64,000 nt of DNA from assembly GCF_006345805.1 (NCBI RefSeq), contig NC_042997.1, forward strand, positions 97,836,001 through 97,900,000, in the 5' to 3' direction. How positions within the stretch are numbered: position 1 is the first letter of the stretch; every line of letters starts with the position of its first letter. Under the pieces are notes generated by a model. That model had not been told where the DNA came from. It was given only the letters and a program-made list of their open reading frames with translations, and did no database searches. This stretch comes from Octopus sinensis (taxonomy: Eukaryota). Position numbers and translations under genes: made by a program. Shown here piece after piece: positions 40,616 through 52,679 of this stretch.

Positions 40616-41640
40616 TTATGCCTGTTCATCAGATATCACATCATTCGTTTGGCAGTGGTCTTGGAGAAACATATTCAGGAGCACCGTACAATTTGTACAT
40701 AACATTCAATCATGTCACAGTCCTATAGTTTTTGGTCACATGGGTCTCTTGGTTTTTTGAGATAAAAGTAGTTTGTGCAACGGTCAGCCAATCTTGAATA
40801 CTTAGCTCAATGTCCACTGTTTTTTAAACAGGTTTGTGAGAATTTCCATGTAGAACGTGAACTATTTTGTACCAATAACCTACTATTGGGTCTTTTCCAG
40901 GTGATTTTCCAATAGGCAGTTTTATAATAACAGTCAGCAGTGTTCCACTGGTGAAGCTATATATTCTGGGAGAGAAATTTACACTATACTCACTTCGTAG
41001 TTCGTTCAATCATGCTGCATTGCGGTTGTGCTCTTTGCTTACATCTAAGAGTACCAGCTAGAATAGCTCTAGATCTTCCTGGTGAGGAGCATTTACTACC
41101 TTGATGATATCGCCTTTCTTATTTCGATATACAGCTTGTGGGTTTCGGGAAAACTTAGAGTTTAGCATTGTTCATGTAATTATTTTACAGTAATGAAGTT
41201 TTTCATTCACCGCTCGTTGACCATGTTTGAATATTTGGTGGTGGTGGTGGGGGGATCAATTTGATTGTGAGTGTTTATTGGCGGCAGCTCCCGTACAATT
41301 TTGGAGAATCTGCCATGCAAGTTGCAGTTGGTGATTCATGAATTCATTTTTAGCTTTGCATTTGAAGATAGAATCCATCTGTCTTATCTTTTTCCCGAGT
41401 CCGTTCACGGTATTTTGAAGGGAGGTAATCCATTTCGGCTCAGTATTATTCTTTGGATCGATCTCTTCTACTCCCAACTCTTGGTGCACAGTTATTACAG
41501 CACAGTACAGCAGGACAATTATTATCGTGGACAACATCAGCTCGGTGGGTTTTTCCCAACTCTTGTCGGTATCGTTCTCTCATGCAGCGCCTTATGTATT
41601 ATAAGTAGTGAAGTTCTGCTTGAACTTCGTTACAAGCTGT
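40616..41640 (-). pseudogene. Degenerate R4/Dong-clade non-LTR retrotransposon (N-terminal region and RT start)
   Basis: LLYCAVI...PKWITSLQNTV, KSPGKDPIVGYWYK, DWLTVAQTTFISKN..TKNYRTVT*LNVMYKLY, FLQDHCQTNDVISDEQ, with frameshifts. Confidence 0.75.
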
Positions 41641-44239
41641 GATTTTAGTATCTCATATTCTTCACTTCTTTTTGTGAGACCATCGGTGGTCGTCACATGT
41701 TCGTGTAGTGACGGCGGTTTGTTATTGTTGCGTTGTGCTGTCGTTCAGTTCCTTGGCGGAGAACGTTTACTATCATGCGTACAGTTTAACTGAAGGATTT
41801 TGTTTGATAGGGTGACATATTTCTTTTCAACAAATGTAGCTTGCTTATGTATGTATGTATGTATGTATGTGTGTGTATGTATGTATGTATGTATGTATGT
41901 ATGTATGCGTGTGTATGTATGTATGTATGTATGTATGTATGTATGTATGTATGTATGTATGTGTGAGTATGCGTGTGTGTGTACGGAAGTATGCATGCGT
42001 CTCTCTCTATGTGCGTGTTTGTAGATGAATGCGTAGCTTTTGCCGATGCATATAACTGGTAGATTGATATCAAATATCCGCGAGGAATCGTAAAAACGAT
42101 GCTTTAGAATATAACAGCCTATATAATAATTGTCCTATCCCGAATAGCTCAGACAATCCCTTACTACTTTTGGCATCAGAATTATAGTGAATCCGTAATA
42201 TTTTCTTTGGAAACCTGTAACCAAGATTTTTTTTTTTACTAAATGCGATATTAAACACTTAAAACATGCAGTAAAAGTGATAGGGCAATTTTTATTCGTT
42301 ATTTTTTATGATAACTTAAAGTATATAAGTTTGGTTGTTTTCCTTTAATAACTTTTAACGAAATAGTGAAGTTGATTCCGGAGCTTCAGAATTTTTGGTC
42401 TTGTGCTTATGTTAAAATTAAATATCCCGAGTTAAAAGACAAAAAAACAAAGTCCCCCAAAATACAAGGAAAGCTCTAGTATTGATTGTGGAAATATTCT
42501 TCTATCATTGAACTGGAAGAATACAGAAGAAGAAAAATAAAAAGAAGACTGATGTGAGATGTGTGCAGACGCTGCCAGGGAAATAAGGATTTCTAACAAG
42601 ACACAATGTTAAATATTTCACGGGAGGGATATAGTCATTTAAAGTAACGTAGTATTTGACGGGTATTTTATTTTAACGACCAACAGAGTGAAAGTAATGG
42701 AAGTTAAATTTGGCATAAGCCGAATTTCAACTTAGATTATAAAGGAACATAACTTAATACCGGTCCATAATTAATGCTATCGTTACTATAATTTAGTGTC
42801 CCTTCTAGCCCACATCTCTGGCCTTGTGTTTAGTGAGAAATTGTTATTATATTTGTTCTGGCTAAAAACGAAAATAAATAAATAAATAACTTCAAAGCAG
42901 AATATCATGTCAGTAACTTTATTGAAATACGGAAGATTGAAAGACATTAAATTAGATAGTATAGAAGATAAGGAAAAGGAGTGTGTTGTATGGGAACAAG
43001 GGTTATTGTAGGATTAAAATAAAGTGAGATATGATTGCATAGAGTGATCAAGTGAGAAGAACATCAATGAAAAGCAACAACAGAAACTGAGAATTAAACA
43101 ACAGCAGGACATATAGTTATGTATTGATATTTTCAGTGATTTACTCAGGGGACGACGGACAACGCTCATGAGCATGCTGAGGGTGACACAACTCCCACGA
43201 TCGAGGTCAGGTGAAAGAAAGGAAAGAAATTGTCTCCAGACAGGGGATCTGTTAGAATGTTTATAACAGTGTACTCCCAAAACGCCCAAGGCGTGGTGGA
43301 GTTAAAGAGATTAACAGGTTTGTTGTTTATGACAATTTTAATTGATTACCTTGGTGAACTGACTGGGAAGAAGCTTACCATCAAGAGCAGAACAATATTT
43401 TTGTAGGAGGTTATGGAAAACATCAACGATCAGCAAAAAGAGACACTTCTTTCGTTGCCAGTTTTGAACGAACGTATCGGAAAAATAAATGTTCATTCTC
43501 AGAGCAAATGTCTCTTTGAGGTAGGCAAATGTCTACTATCATGCTTATTAATTATAGAAAATTTCCATCCTTCTGAAAGAACTAATATTTGCCAAATAAA
43601 TCAGTTTCTAGTAAATTGAAATCAATTTTTGTAGTCAGTTGAACAATCATCGAACACTGTATAACTGAATCTCGATGCGCAAGTTATTTCATCAATCACA
43701 GCAAACCATTTTAAATTGCTTCTTCTGAATATTGAAGTTACACAATTATATAAGATTTCTTTAAACTTGCATTGCTCTTATGATTATTTGAATATTTATC
43801 ATTTTCTACTTGTAATATTTATTTTCCATCTATAATTCTATTATCATATTACCAAATAAACTGAATAATGTAAGATACTATAACTGTTTTCTGATCTAAA
43901 ACTACAGTGGAGAAGGGGATTTTCTTATAATATTTTCAGTACCCTATCCCAAACTGTGGAGACTGACATACTTTCAATTCAATTTGAGCAGCAGTAGTGC
44001 GGTGTTTTTAGTACAAACGTTTCCAGGAAAGAATTTCAGTAGGTTGCGGGTCTTTTAAAGAAAGATTGCACAAAGAGCTCAGTAAAGGAGATGAGACAGA
44101 GTAAGGCTAACAGGAGAGGAACAGATGGGTGGTATGAGGGATACTGGATGGAGTAAGGGGTATGTGTGCAATTAGCTAGTTCAGAGAAGCAGAAGCATTG
44201 TAATAACGCTAGGAGGAGATGCATTTGTAGTTGCCATGG

Positions 44240-44858
44240 AAGAGGCAAAGAGAAGAATCAGCATATCTGAGACAGTGGTTGAAAAGCTTGCAACGGAGAC
44301 AACGAAGCGGTGGCCAACAGGAAGGGACACAGCAGGCGTTCTGACTGCGTCGGCACACGGGAATTCATTCCCACGGCTATGTGAAGCTGCTTGAAACTGG
44401 GGTCAAACCCTGGCTGAAGAGAGTTACAGCTGGAAGGCCATATGTGTGGCAGCAGGATTCGGCTCCTTGCCATACCTCCAGAAAGAGTCAGAAGTGGTTG
44501 TCGGAGAATTTCTACGACTTCACTTGCCTCAGTTTCTGACTTTCTAATCCCCCGATTGTAATCCCATGAATTACTGTGTGTAAGGTGCAGTTGAGAAACA
44601 TACCAACTGCTCTGCCTGCAATATCAAGGCCAAGCTGGTAGTCAGGGTCATGGAGGTGTTCGAAGATTTTCCCTAGGACACAGTAAAGAACTCATACGCC
44701 AGGTTATAGAGCCGTCTTGAGGCCGTGGTGAAGCCGAAGGCGGTTACTTTGAATAAACTGTTATCTGCCAGCTATAATCTTTTTGATATTGTTTGATTTA
44801 AAAAAAATACTTTTCTTTTCTTTTTATGTAAACTGTCAAATTTTACCGGAACAGGTAA
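44240..44858 (+). mobile_element. Internally deleted DD37D (maT/Bmmar1-type) Tc1/mariner transposon
   Basis: RKGHSRRSDCVGTREFI joined to YVKLLETGVKPWL...YVWQQDSAPCHTSRKSQKWLSENFYDF..(fs)PDCNPM(N)Y. 37 residues separate the second Asp and the position of the third. Confidence 0.75.
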
Positions 44859-45270
44859 AAGAAATCGAAATAAACAGAAAAGAACCCGACAAAATATTAA
44901 AAAATTCAAACACACTCTGGATCATAATGCATAACAAAGAAATCTTTACATATTGTAATTATTTTCATTCTCCCGCTCATAGTCCCGCAGAAAACTTAAA
45001 CGGGCAACTTAAACACAGCGATGTCACACATAAAACTATGAGGAACACGTACGCAAAACACGAACCCATTTAATATAGCATAAAGCGGCATAAAGAAAAA
45101 AACACATTCAAGGAATTAAAACAATCCATCACACATAACAGTCACACTACTTATGTATATATATATATAATAATAATATTAGGGAGTAAATCCAAACTTA
45201 CAGGGAAAAATTAGATTTAGAATTAAATCTAATTTTATAGTATAAATATATATATATATATATTATATTA

Positions 45271-45456
45271 AATTAGAGATAAAACCACTATTAGGCAAAT
45301 CAAACAGTGATAATCATAAACCAATACATAGAAATAAAATTAATTAATAAAAAATATATAAAACATAAAATTCAAAATTTAAAATATTCAAATTAAAGTT
45401 AAAATTTAAAAAAATATTTAAATTAATAATTTATACTTATAAATTTTTAAATATAT

Positions 45457-45493
<37 letters not shown>

Positions 45494-45839
45494 TTATTAT
45501 TATTTAATTAATTAATTAATTAATTAATTTTTTTTTAAACTATCAAAAAGTATTAAAAGTATCTTATATTAAACTTTTAATACTTTTTGATAGTTATAAA
45601 ATAAATAAATAAATAAATAAATTAAATAATAACAAAAAATATATATATTTATATATATATTTAAAAATTTATAAGTATAAATTATTAATTTAAATAATTT
45701 TAAAAATTTTAACTTTAATTTAAATATTTTAAATTTTGAATTTTATGTTTTATATAATTTTATTTATTAATTTTATTTCTATGTATTGATTTATGAATTT
45801 CACTGTTTGATTTGCCTAATAGTGGTTTTATCTCTAATT
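45271..45839. repeat. AT-rich foldback palindrome at the 3' end of the Penelope-like element
   Basis: Left arm 45271-45560, 12-nt spacer 45561-45572, right arm 45573-45839 (AATTAGAGATAAAACCACTATTAGGCAAAT / ATTTGCCTAATAGTGGTTTTATCTCTAATT). Confidence 0.85.
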
Positions 45840-45972
45840 TTATATATATATATAAAATAGAAAAGAGTGAAAAAACTACAGAAGGCTTGTTTTATAAGGT
45901 TAAAGAATATATTTAAGTCGTTATGTTATAAAATTGTTATAAAATTTTGTGTATAGTAACATAATTTTTGGA

Positions 45973-46005
45973 GAAAAACCGGTTTCGTGTAAACTTTTCA
46001 ATTTC
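45973..46005 (-). ncRNA. Minimal hammerhead motif, U3-A8 variant, in the PLE 3' UTR
   Basis: Minus strand: GAAA UUGAAAA GU uuac AC GAA ACCGGU U UUUC. Confidence 0.55.
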
Positions 46006-46124
46006 AAGTTCTTTACCTACATCGTGTCATGTCTTCGTTATGAAGTGCAAAGAAGAGTTCCAGGGAGGGGGAGATAATAAGGGATTTATTCCGGTATAAG
46101 GGAGATAATCACTTAACTTATTTT

Positions 46125-47140
46125 TTAATGGGATGAGTTTCTCTGTATAAGAATGTTAGGATGGTTAAGTTCAGGCTTATATTTTTCAATGAAGAATGTT
46201 TCTTTGTTTAATCTAATTTGTGTTGGTGTTCCAATAGCAAGTTGATAGAATGGAAAGATTAAAAATTATGGTAGTAGTTGCTTTGCGCATTTCTCAATAT
46301 GCTCACTAAAGGGTATCATTCTGTATTCTGGGAATGCAATCTGTTGTCGATGCAGAGTGCATCTGCGTCTGAGTGATAATCCCGTGGACCCTACGTAGTT
46401 TTGGTGGCAGCCCGAGCATCTTATGACATAAATTATGTTTTCAGAAGCACAAGTAAAATTAGATCTGATCTTGAATTTTTGTCCCTCTTTGAAAAGGAAT
46501 TCTGATCCTTCTTGAAGGTTTGGGCATGTTGCGCAGTTTGGTCTACCACATTTTTTTGCATCCGTAATTTCAGAAGACAATTTTGCCTTTGTGAGAATCT
46601 TTTTAAGTGATTTAGGTTGTTTGTAGCTTTTAATGATTTTATGTGTGTTTAGAATTTCCTTTAATTTGGGGTCCTTATGAAGTATTGGTAAATTCTGGGT
46701 GATGATGGTGAAGGCTTCTTTGTTTCTGGGGCTGTATGTGGATATGTAAGGCAGTATTTTCGGGGAAGGTGTGTTGTTGTGTTGAACTTTTCTCAAAGTT
46801 TCTATGTCGATTTCTCTTGCACGTCTGATCCCATCCTCTATGAGTTGAACTGGGTAGTGTCTGTCAATTAGGGTGTTTTTGAGTTCTTGTAGTCTAAAGT
46901 TCCTGGTATTTTGTTCTGACACTATTGTGCATATCCTTCTTGCAAGGTTGATAGGGTGTTTGTTTTAGTGTGTCTTGGGTGGCATGAATCAAAAAGTAGG
47001 TATTGTTTGGCGTCTGTGGCTTTGTAAAATATGTCTGTTTCTATTTTTAGGTTAATTTTCTTAATCAGTATATCTAAGATTAGAAGCTCCTTTTGGTTGT
47101 ACTCCATTGTGAACTGTATATTTGGGTTGATGCTGTTATG
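46125..47140 (-). pseudogene. Penelope-like element ORF, 3' part (RT thumb, linker, GIY-YIG endonuclease), frameshifted
   Basis: IQFTME...ILDILI...TDIFYKATDAKQYLLFDSCHPRH, CGRPNCATC, IIYVIRCSGCHQNYVGSTGLSLRRRCTLH, ETFFIEKYKPELN. Confidence 0.9.
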
Positions 47141-47567
47141 GGTACACGTATCTGTGGAGTGCTCAGCCACTTACACGTTAATTTCACGAGCAGGCTATTC
47201 TGTTGATTGGATCAACTAGAACCATCGTCGTCGTAACCGACGGAGTGCTGTAGTATATATATATATAAATATATAAATATGTGTGTGTGTGTGTGTGTGT
47301 ATACACGCATGCATGTATCAGTACCGCAGAATTCCTCATATTCCCAATTATAAATCGGTAACAGAGGAAAAACCAGTCCATGGAGAAGACATTATAATAT
47401 ACATGAAATCAGGCAGCCATATATAAATGATTTTTAACAAAACTCACTCATTAAGAGAACATAGTGAAACAAGTATTCAAAATGTCAATCTGAAACAAAT
47501 TAAAATAATAAACATTCATATCATCCCCGACCACACTGACTGTAACACTATGTTACATATTGGACAT

Positions 47568-47905
47568 GAAAGCGCATAACTCTGTGGTTAGAACGTTGGG
47601 CTCACAATCACGAGGTAGTAAGTTCGATTCTTGGACCGAGCTGTGTGTTGTGTTCTTGAGCAAAACGCTTTATTTCACGTTACTCCAGTTCACTCAAGTA
47701 TAAAAATGAGTTTCGACGTCACTGGTGCCAAGCTGTATCGGCCTTTGCCTTTCCCTTGGACAACATCGGCGTCGTGGAGAGGGGAGATTGATATGCATGG
47801 GATTGATATGCTGGTCTCCCCTAAACAGCTTTGCCCGGACTTGTGCCTCGGAGGGTAACTTTCTAGGTGCAATCCCATTGTCATTCATGACCGAAGCGTG
47901 TCTTT
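47568..47905 (+). mobile_element. SINE with family-C head and a different tail
   Basis: AGCGCATAACTCTGTGGTTAG...GTTCGATTC...GTTGTGTTCTTGAGCAAAACGC, with a tail unlike 34750-34896. Confidence 0.6.
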
Positions 47906-48480
47906 ATACACTGGACAACAACAACTTAACACACTGTTAAAAACTGTTCTTTCGAGAAAGGTGTCTAGATAACATATCCGGATACACAAACAATAAACAT
48001 AGCACAACGGGTGACGTAATAGTAAACCAAATACTTGTTTTATTTTAAAGTACCCACACTATGACATCCTCAAGCTAAATACAATATCTCCTTCCCTGAC
48101 ACTGCATTCTGCTCCACACGTTTATCTACCATAACCACGTAGAAAACAATTTTTTTATTCATGCTTTAATATGCATTATCGATGATCGCATCTTCCTACC
48201 TCATAACATGGACAGCTTCACAATTTTTCTTACTTGACTATTTACACTCTAGAAATCTGGCTTCAAAACAACAAACATAAGACATCATCCACTTAATCCA
48301 TCCACTCTACATTCTTAACGGAGATATCGAAGAACGTCACACTCAACAAACACCTACACGAATAAGACTTCAAAACACTACCACAACAGGATGTTAAGAA
48401 CATTATCGCCATCATTCAGTGCTGACAAACATAAAACACGTACTTAAAAATACAGTCAATAAAGTCATTAGTTTCAAATG

Positions 48481-48864
48481 GAAGCACTTCGTCGGTTGCG
48501 ACGACGAGGGTTCCGGTTGATCCAATCAACGGAACAGCCTGTTCGTGAAATTAACGTGTAAGTGGCTGAGCACTCCACAGACACGTGTACCCTTAACGTA
48601 GTTCTCGGGGATATTCAGCGTGACACAGAGAGTGACAAGGCCGGCCCTTTGAAATACAGGTACAACAGAAACAGGAAGTAAGAGTGAGAGAAAGTTGTGG
48701 TGAAAGAGTACAGCAGGGATCACCACCATCCCTGCCGGAGCCTCGTGGAGCTTTTTAGGTGTTTTTTCGCTCAATAAACACTCAAAACGCCCGGTCTGGG
48801 AATCGAAACCGCGATCCTATGACCGCGAGTCCGCTGCCCTAACCACTGGGCCATTGCACCTCCA
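48481..48864 (-). mobile_element. SINE with tRNA head and family-C tail
   Basis: Minus-strand head GGAGGTGCAATGGCCCAGTGGTTAGG...GGTTTCGATTCCC. Tail matches 34730-34896. Confidence 0.8.
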
Positions 48865-49314
48865 CTTTGTTTCAAATATTATGCTGTTATATACAACGCC
48901 TATGATAAAGTGCAAAGGAGCTGTTACTGTTACGTTCGAACTGCATTCGATATGTGTGTGAGAATATAACATGCCCAGGCTGCAGCGCTGCAATTTGAAC
49001 ATGTATTCCCACACGCATTTAACTAAAGCATGTCAGAAGATCAGCATGGTATATATTTAGGCTGAGGTATTGGATATTCTGAGCTATGAGTACGTGGTTG
49101 GTTCACTCCCTATCTTTTAGCCAATTATCTTCATGACAGAGGTTTCCTCGACCACGGCGGAACTGGGCGATACAACAGCAGCTGTAGTTGTAGTAGGAGT
49201 AGTAAACACAGCAACAAGCCCAACAACAACAACAACAACAACTGCAGTAACGACTGTAACTATACAAACTTAACAGAGCTAATAATTTGATTTCGTAATA
49301 TATGTAATAAGTAA

Positions 49315-50150
49315 TGTGATGAGCTGGCAGAATCGTCAGGGCGCCAGGCGAAATGTTTAGCGTTATTTCGTCTGCCGCTACGTTCTGAGTTCAAATTCCG
49401 CCGAGATCGACTTTGCCTTTCATCCTTTCGGGATCGATAAATTAAGTACCAGTTACACACTGGGGTCAATATAATCGACTTAATCCGTATGTCTGTCCTT
49501 GTTTGTCCTCTCTGTGTTTAGCCCATTGTGAGTAGTAAAGAAATAGGTATTTCGTCTGCCGCTACGTTCTGAGTTCAAATTCCGCCGAGGTCGTCTTTGT
49601 CCTTCATCCTTTCGGGGTCGATTAAATAAGTAGCAGTTACGCACTGGGGTCGATATAATCGACTTAATTGGTTTGTTTGTCCCCTCTGTGTGTAGCCCCT
49701 TGTGGGCAGTAAAGAACTAAGAATCGTTAGGGTGCCGGGCAATATGTTTAGTGGCATCTTGTCCGTCTTTACGCTCTGAGTTCAAATTCCGCCAACTTTA
49801 CATTTTATCCATTTCGGGGTTGATAAAATAAGTATCAGTTGAATACTGGGGTCGATACAATCGATCTATCCTTCCCCCGAAATTTCTGACTTTTGTTTCA
49901 AAATTTGAAATCATTATTATATAAAGATTAAGGCGGCGAACTGGCAGAATCGTTAGAACAACGTGCAAAATACTTAGTGACATTTCGTCCGTTTTTACGT
50001 TCTGAGTTCAAATTCCGCTGACGTCGACTTTAATTTTGGTCTTTTCGGATTCGATAAAATAAGTACCAGTTGAGCATTGGGAGTCGATATAATCGACCTA
50101 TCCCCTTCCTCCGCAATTTCTGGCCTTGTGCCAAAATTTGAAACCAATAT
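49315..50150 (+). mobile_element. Family-A SINE cluster including a head-to-tail dimer
   Basis: Full copy, then re-entry at AAAGAAATA|GGTATTTCG (about 49537-49553), then two further copies. Confidence 0.85.
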
Positions 50151-50595
50151 ATGTAATAGGTATAACAACTGGAAAGTATTACACAGCATACCGAAACCTT
50201 ACTACGGGTAGCCTTCTATCAGACCCACACTTCAATGACTGAAGATATCTCTGAGTTATGAGGTTTCTCAGTATACTACAATAATGATGCTTGAGCATTT
50301 TATAAAAGAATGAGGAGGCGGAGGAGGAGGAAGGGAATTACAAGAACACTATGCAAATGTTATTCATAATTCATAAACATGGAAAACATTTCTGGAAAAT
50401 GATATCTGAAAGAAAGAATTTGATAAATTAGCTATCAAATCGGAAATTGAAATGTCTAAACTGTGTTAGATGAAATCGGCAACAGTTCCGGAAGGTATTG
50501 GTGTATCCGGGATGATAACAAGGGATGACACGAGGTGTCCGACAACACTACTGGAATTCAATCCACATGAACATCCCGGACTTTCATCCCCTTGT

Positions 50596-50649
<54 letters not shown>

Positions 50650-50937
50650 GTGTGTGTGTGTGTGTGTGTGTGTTTCTGCGCGCGTGTGTAAGTGAGTGTA
50701 TGTATATGTATGTATATATATATATATAAAATATACGATACCCGAGGACAGTCTGTTTCTGGATTTGTGGGTAAAACGTGAGTCATAGAGCATTACATTT
50801 CTACAGAGGTAAAAACTGTAGTTCAATTCTTGGAGAGAAAGCTAGTACTGGGTGTCTGGCATGGTTTGTCCGATGTTATAGATATCGGACGGGTATGTTT
50901 GATTCTTAGTATTTTCAAATCTAAATAAGAAGAAATC

Positions 50938-50999
50938 TCTGAGCTGATGAAGGAAAAGTGGCGTTTTACCCACAAATCCAGAAACAGACTGTCCTCGGG
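50938..50999 (+). ncRNA. Type-I hammerhead ribozyme, array copy 1
   Basis: UCUGAG CUGAUGA A GGA aaa GUGG cguuuuac CCAC aaa UCC A GAA ACAG a CUGU C CUCGGG. Confidence 0.75.
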
Positions 51000-51496
51000 T
51001 ATCGTATATGGATGTGATCTTTCATTGTTTTTCCCTTATACCTATGTGAGTTATTTTCTGAGTATGCATTGTCTGGAGACTTTTATTTGCAGTTGAAGAA
51101 ATAGCCATATTTTTGGCTGCTATTTCTGAAAAGTTCGGTGTGTGGTAAAGTGAATTTTTTTTGCTTTACCATATTTTTATAAATTAATACTTCAAATACA
51201 CCGTAAATGGTCTTTACATACCGAATACTGCTTGGTCGAATTTATTAACAATTAATTAATTCTACCCCCTTTTTTGATGACAATATAATACTTTTCTCTC
51301 CAAGAATTTGAACTACAGTTTTTACCTCTGTAGAAATGTAATGCTCTATGACTCACGTGGGTGACAGGGAATATATAGATCTCATTCGTATTTTTGGATT
51401 CGCTAGTACTGGGTGTCTGGCATGGTTTGTCCGATGTTACAGATATCGGACGGGTATGTTTGATTCTTAGTATTTTCAAATCTAAATAAGAAGATC

Positions 51497-51558
51497 TCTG
51501 AGCTGATGAAGGAAAAGTGGCGTTTTACCCACAAATCCAGAAACAGACTGTCCTCGGG
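51497..51558 (+). ncRNA. Type-I hammerhead ribozyme, array copy 2
   Basis: Identical core. CUGAUGA 51503-51509, C17 at 51552. Confidence 0.75.
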
Positions 51559-52056
51559 TATCGTATATGGATGTGATCTTTCATTGTTTTTCCCTTATAT
51601 ATGTGAGTTATTTTCTGAGTATGCATTGTCTGGAGACTTTTATTTGCAGTTGAAGAAATAGCCATATTTTTGGCTGCTATTTCTGAAAAGTTCGGTGTGT
51701 GGTAAAGTGAATTTTTTTTGCTTTACCATATTTTTATAAATTAATACTTCAAATACACCGTAAATGGTCTTTACATACCGAATACTGCTTGGTCGAATTT
51801 ATTACAATTAATTAATTCTACCCCCTTTTTTGATGACAATATAATACTTTTCTCTCCAAGAATTTGAACTACAGTTTTTACCTCTGTAGAAATGTAATGC
51901 TCTATGACTCACGTGGGTGGACAGGGAGAATAATAGATCTCATTCGTATTTTTGGATTCGCTAGTACTGGGTGTCTGGCATGGTTTGTCCGATGTTACAG
52001 ATATCGGACGGGTAGTTTTGATTCTTAGTATTTTCAAATCTAAATAAGAAGAAATC

Positions 52057-52118
52057 TCTGAGCTGATGAAGGAAAAGTGGCGTTTTACCCACAAATCCAG
52101 AAACAGACTGTCCTCGGG
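52057..52118 (+). ncRNA. Type-I hammerhead ribozyme, array copy 3
   Basis: Identical core. CUGAUGA 52063-52069, C17 at 52112. Confidence 0.75.
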
Positions 52119-52617
52119 TATCGTATATGGATGTGATCTTTCATTGTTTTTCCCTTATACCTATGTGAGTTATTTTCTGAGTATGCATTGTCTGGAGACT
52201 TTTATTTGCAGTTGAAGAAATAGCCATATTTTTGGCTGCTATTTCTGAAAAGTTCGGTGTGTGGTAAAGTGAATTTTTTTGCTTACCATATTTTTATAAA
52301 TTAATACTTCAAATACACCGTAAATGGTCTTTACATACCGAATACTGCTTGGTCGAATTTATTAACAATTAATTAATTCTACCCCCTTTTTTGATGACAA
52401 TATAATACTTTTCTCTCCAAGAATTTGAACTACAGTTTTTACCTCTGTAGAAATGTAATGCTCTATGACTCACGTGGGTGGACAGGGAGAATAATAGATC
52501 TCATTCGTATTTTTGGATTCGCTAGTACTGGGTGTCTGGCATGGTTTGTCCGATGTTACAGATATCGGACGGGTATGTTTGATTCTTAGTATTTTCAAAT
52601 CTAAATAAGAAGAAATC

Positions 52618-52679
52618 TCTGAGCTGATGAAGGAAAAGTGGCGTTTTACCCACAAATCCAGAAACAGACTGTCCTCGGG
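52618..52679 (+). ncRNA. Type-I hammerhead ribozyme, array copy 4
   Basis: Identical core. CUGAUGA 52624-52630, C17 at 52673. Confidence 0.75.

Noticed and set aside
41256-41537. Membrane protein or Cys-loop receptor exon suggested by the hydrophobic ORF start
   Set aside because: It is collinear with downstream R4/Dong RT motifs on the same strand, so it is better explained as retrotransposon N-terminal sequence.
48780-48864. tRNA gene (also SINE heads at 34579, 25753, 57279)
   Set aside because: A and B boxes are present, but I could not form an anticodon or acceptor stem, and each head continues into a SINE body.
50160-50260. Degenerate hammerhead (CTGGAAA GTAT..ATAC C GAAACC..GGTA)
   Set aside because: Two non-compensatory core changes and no stem I.
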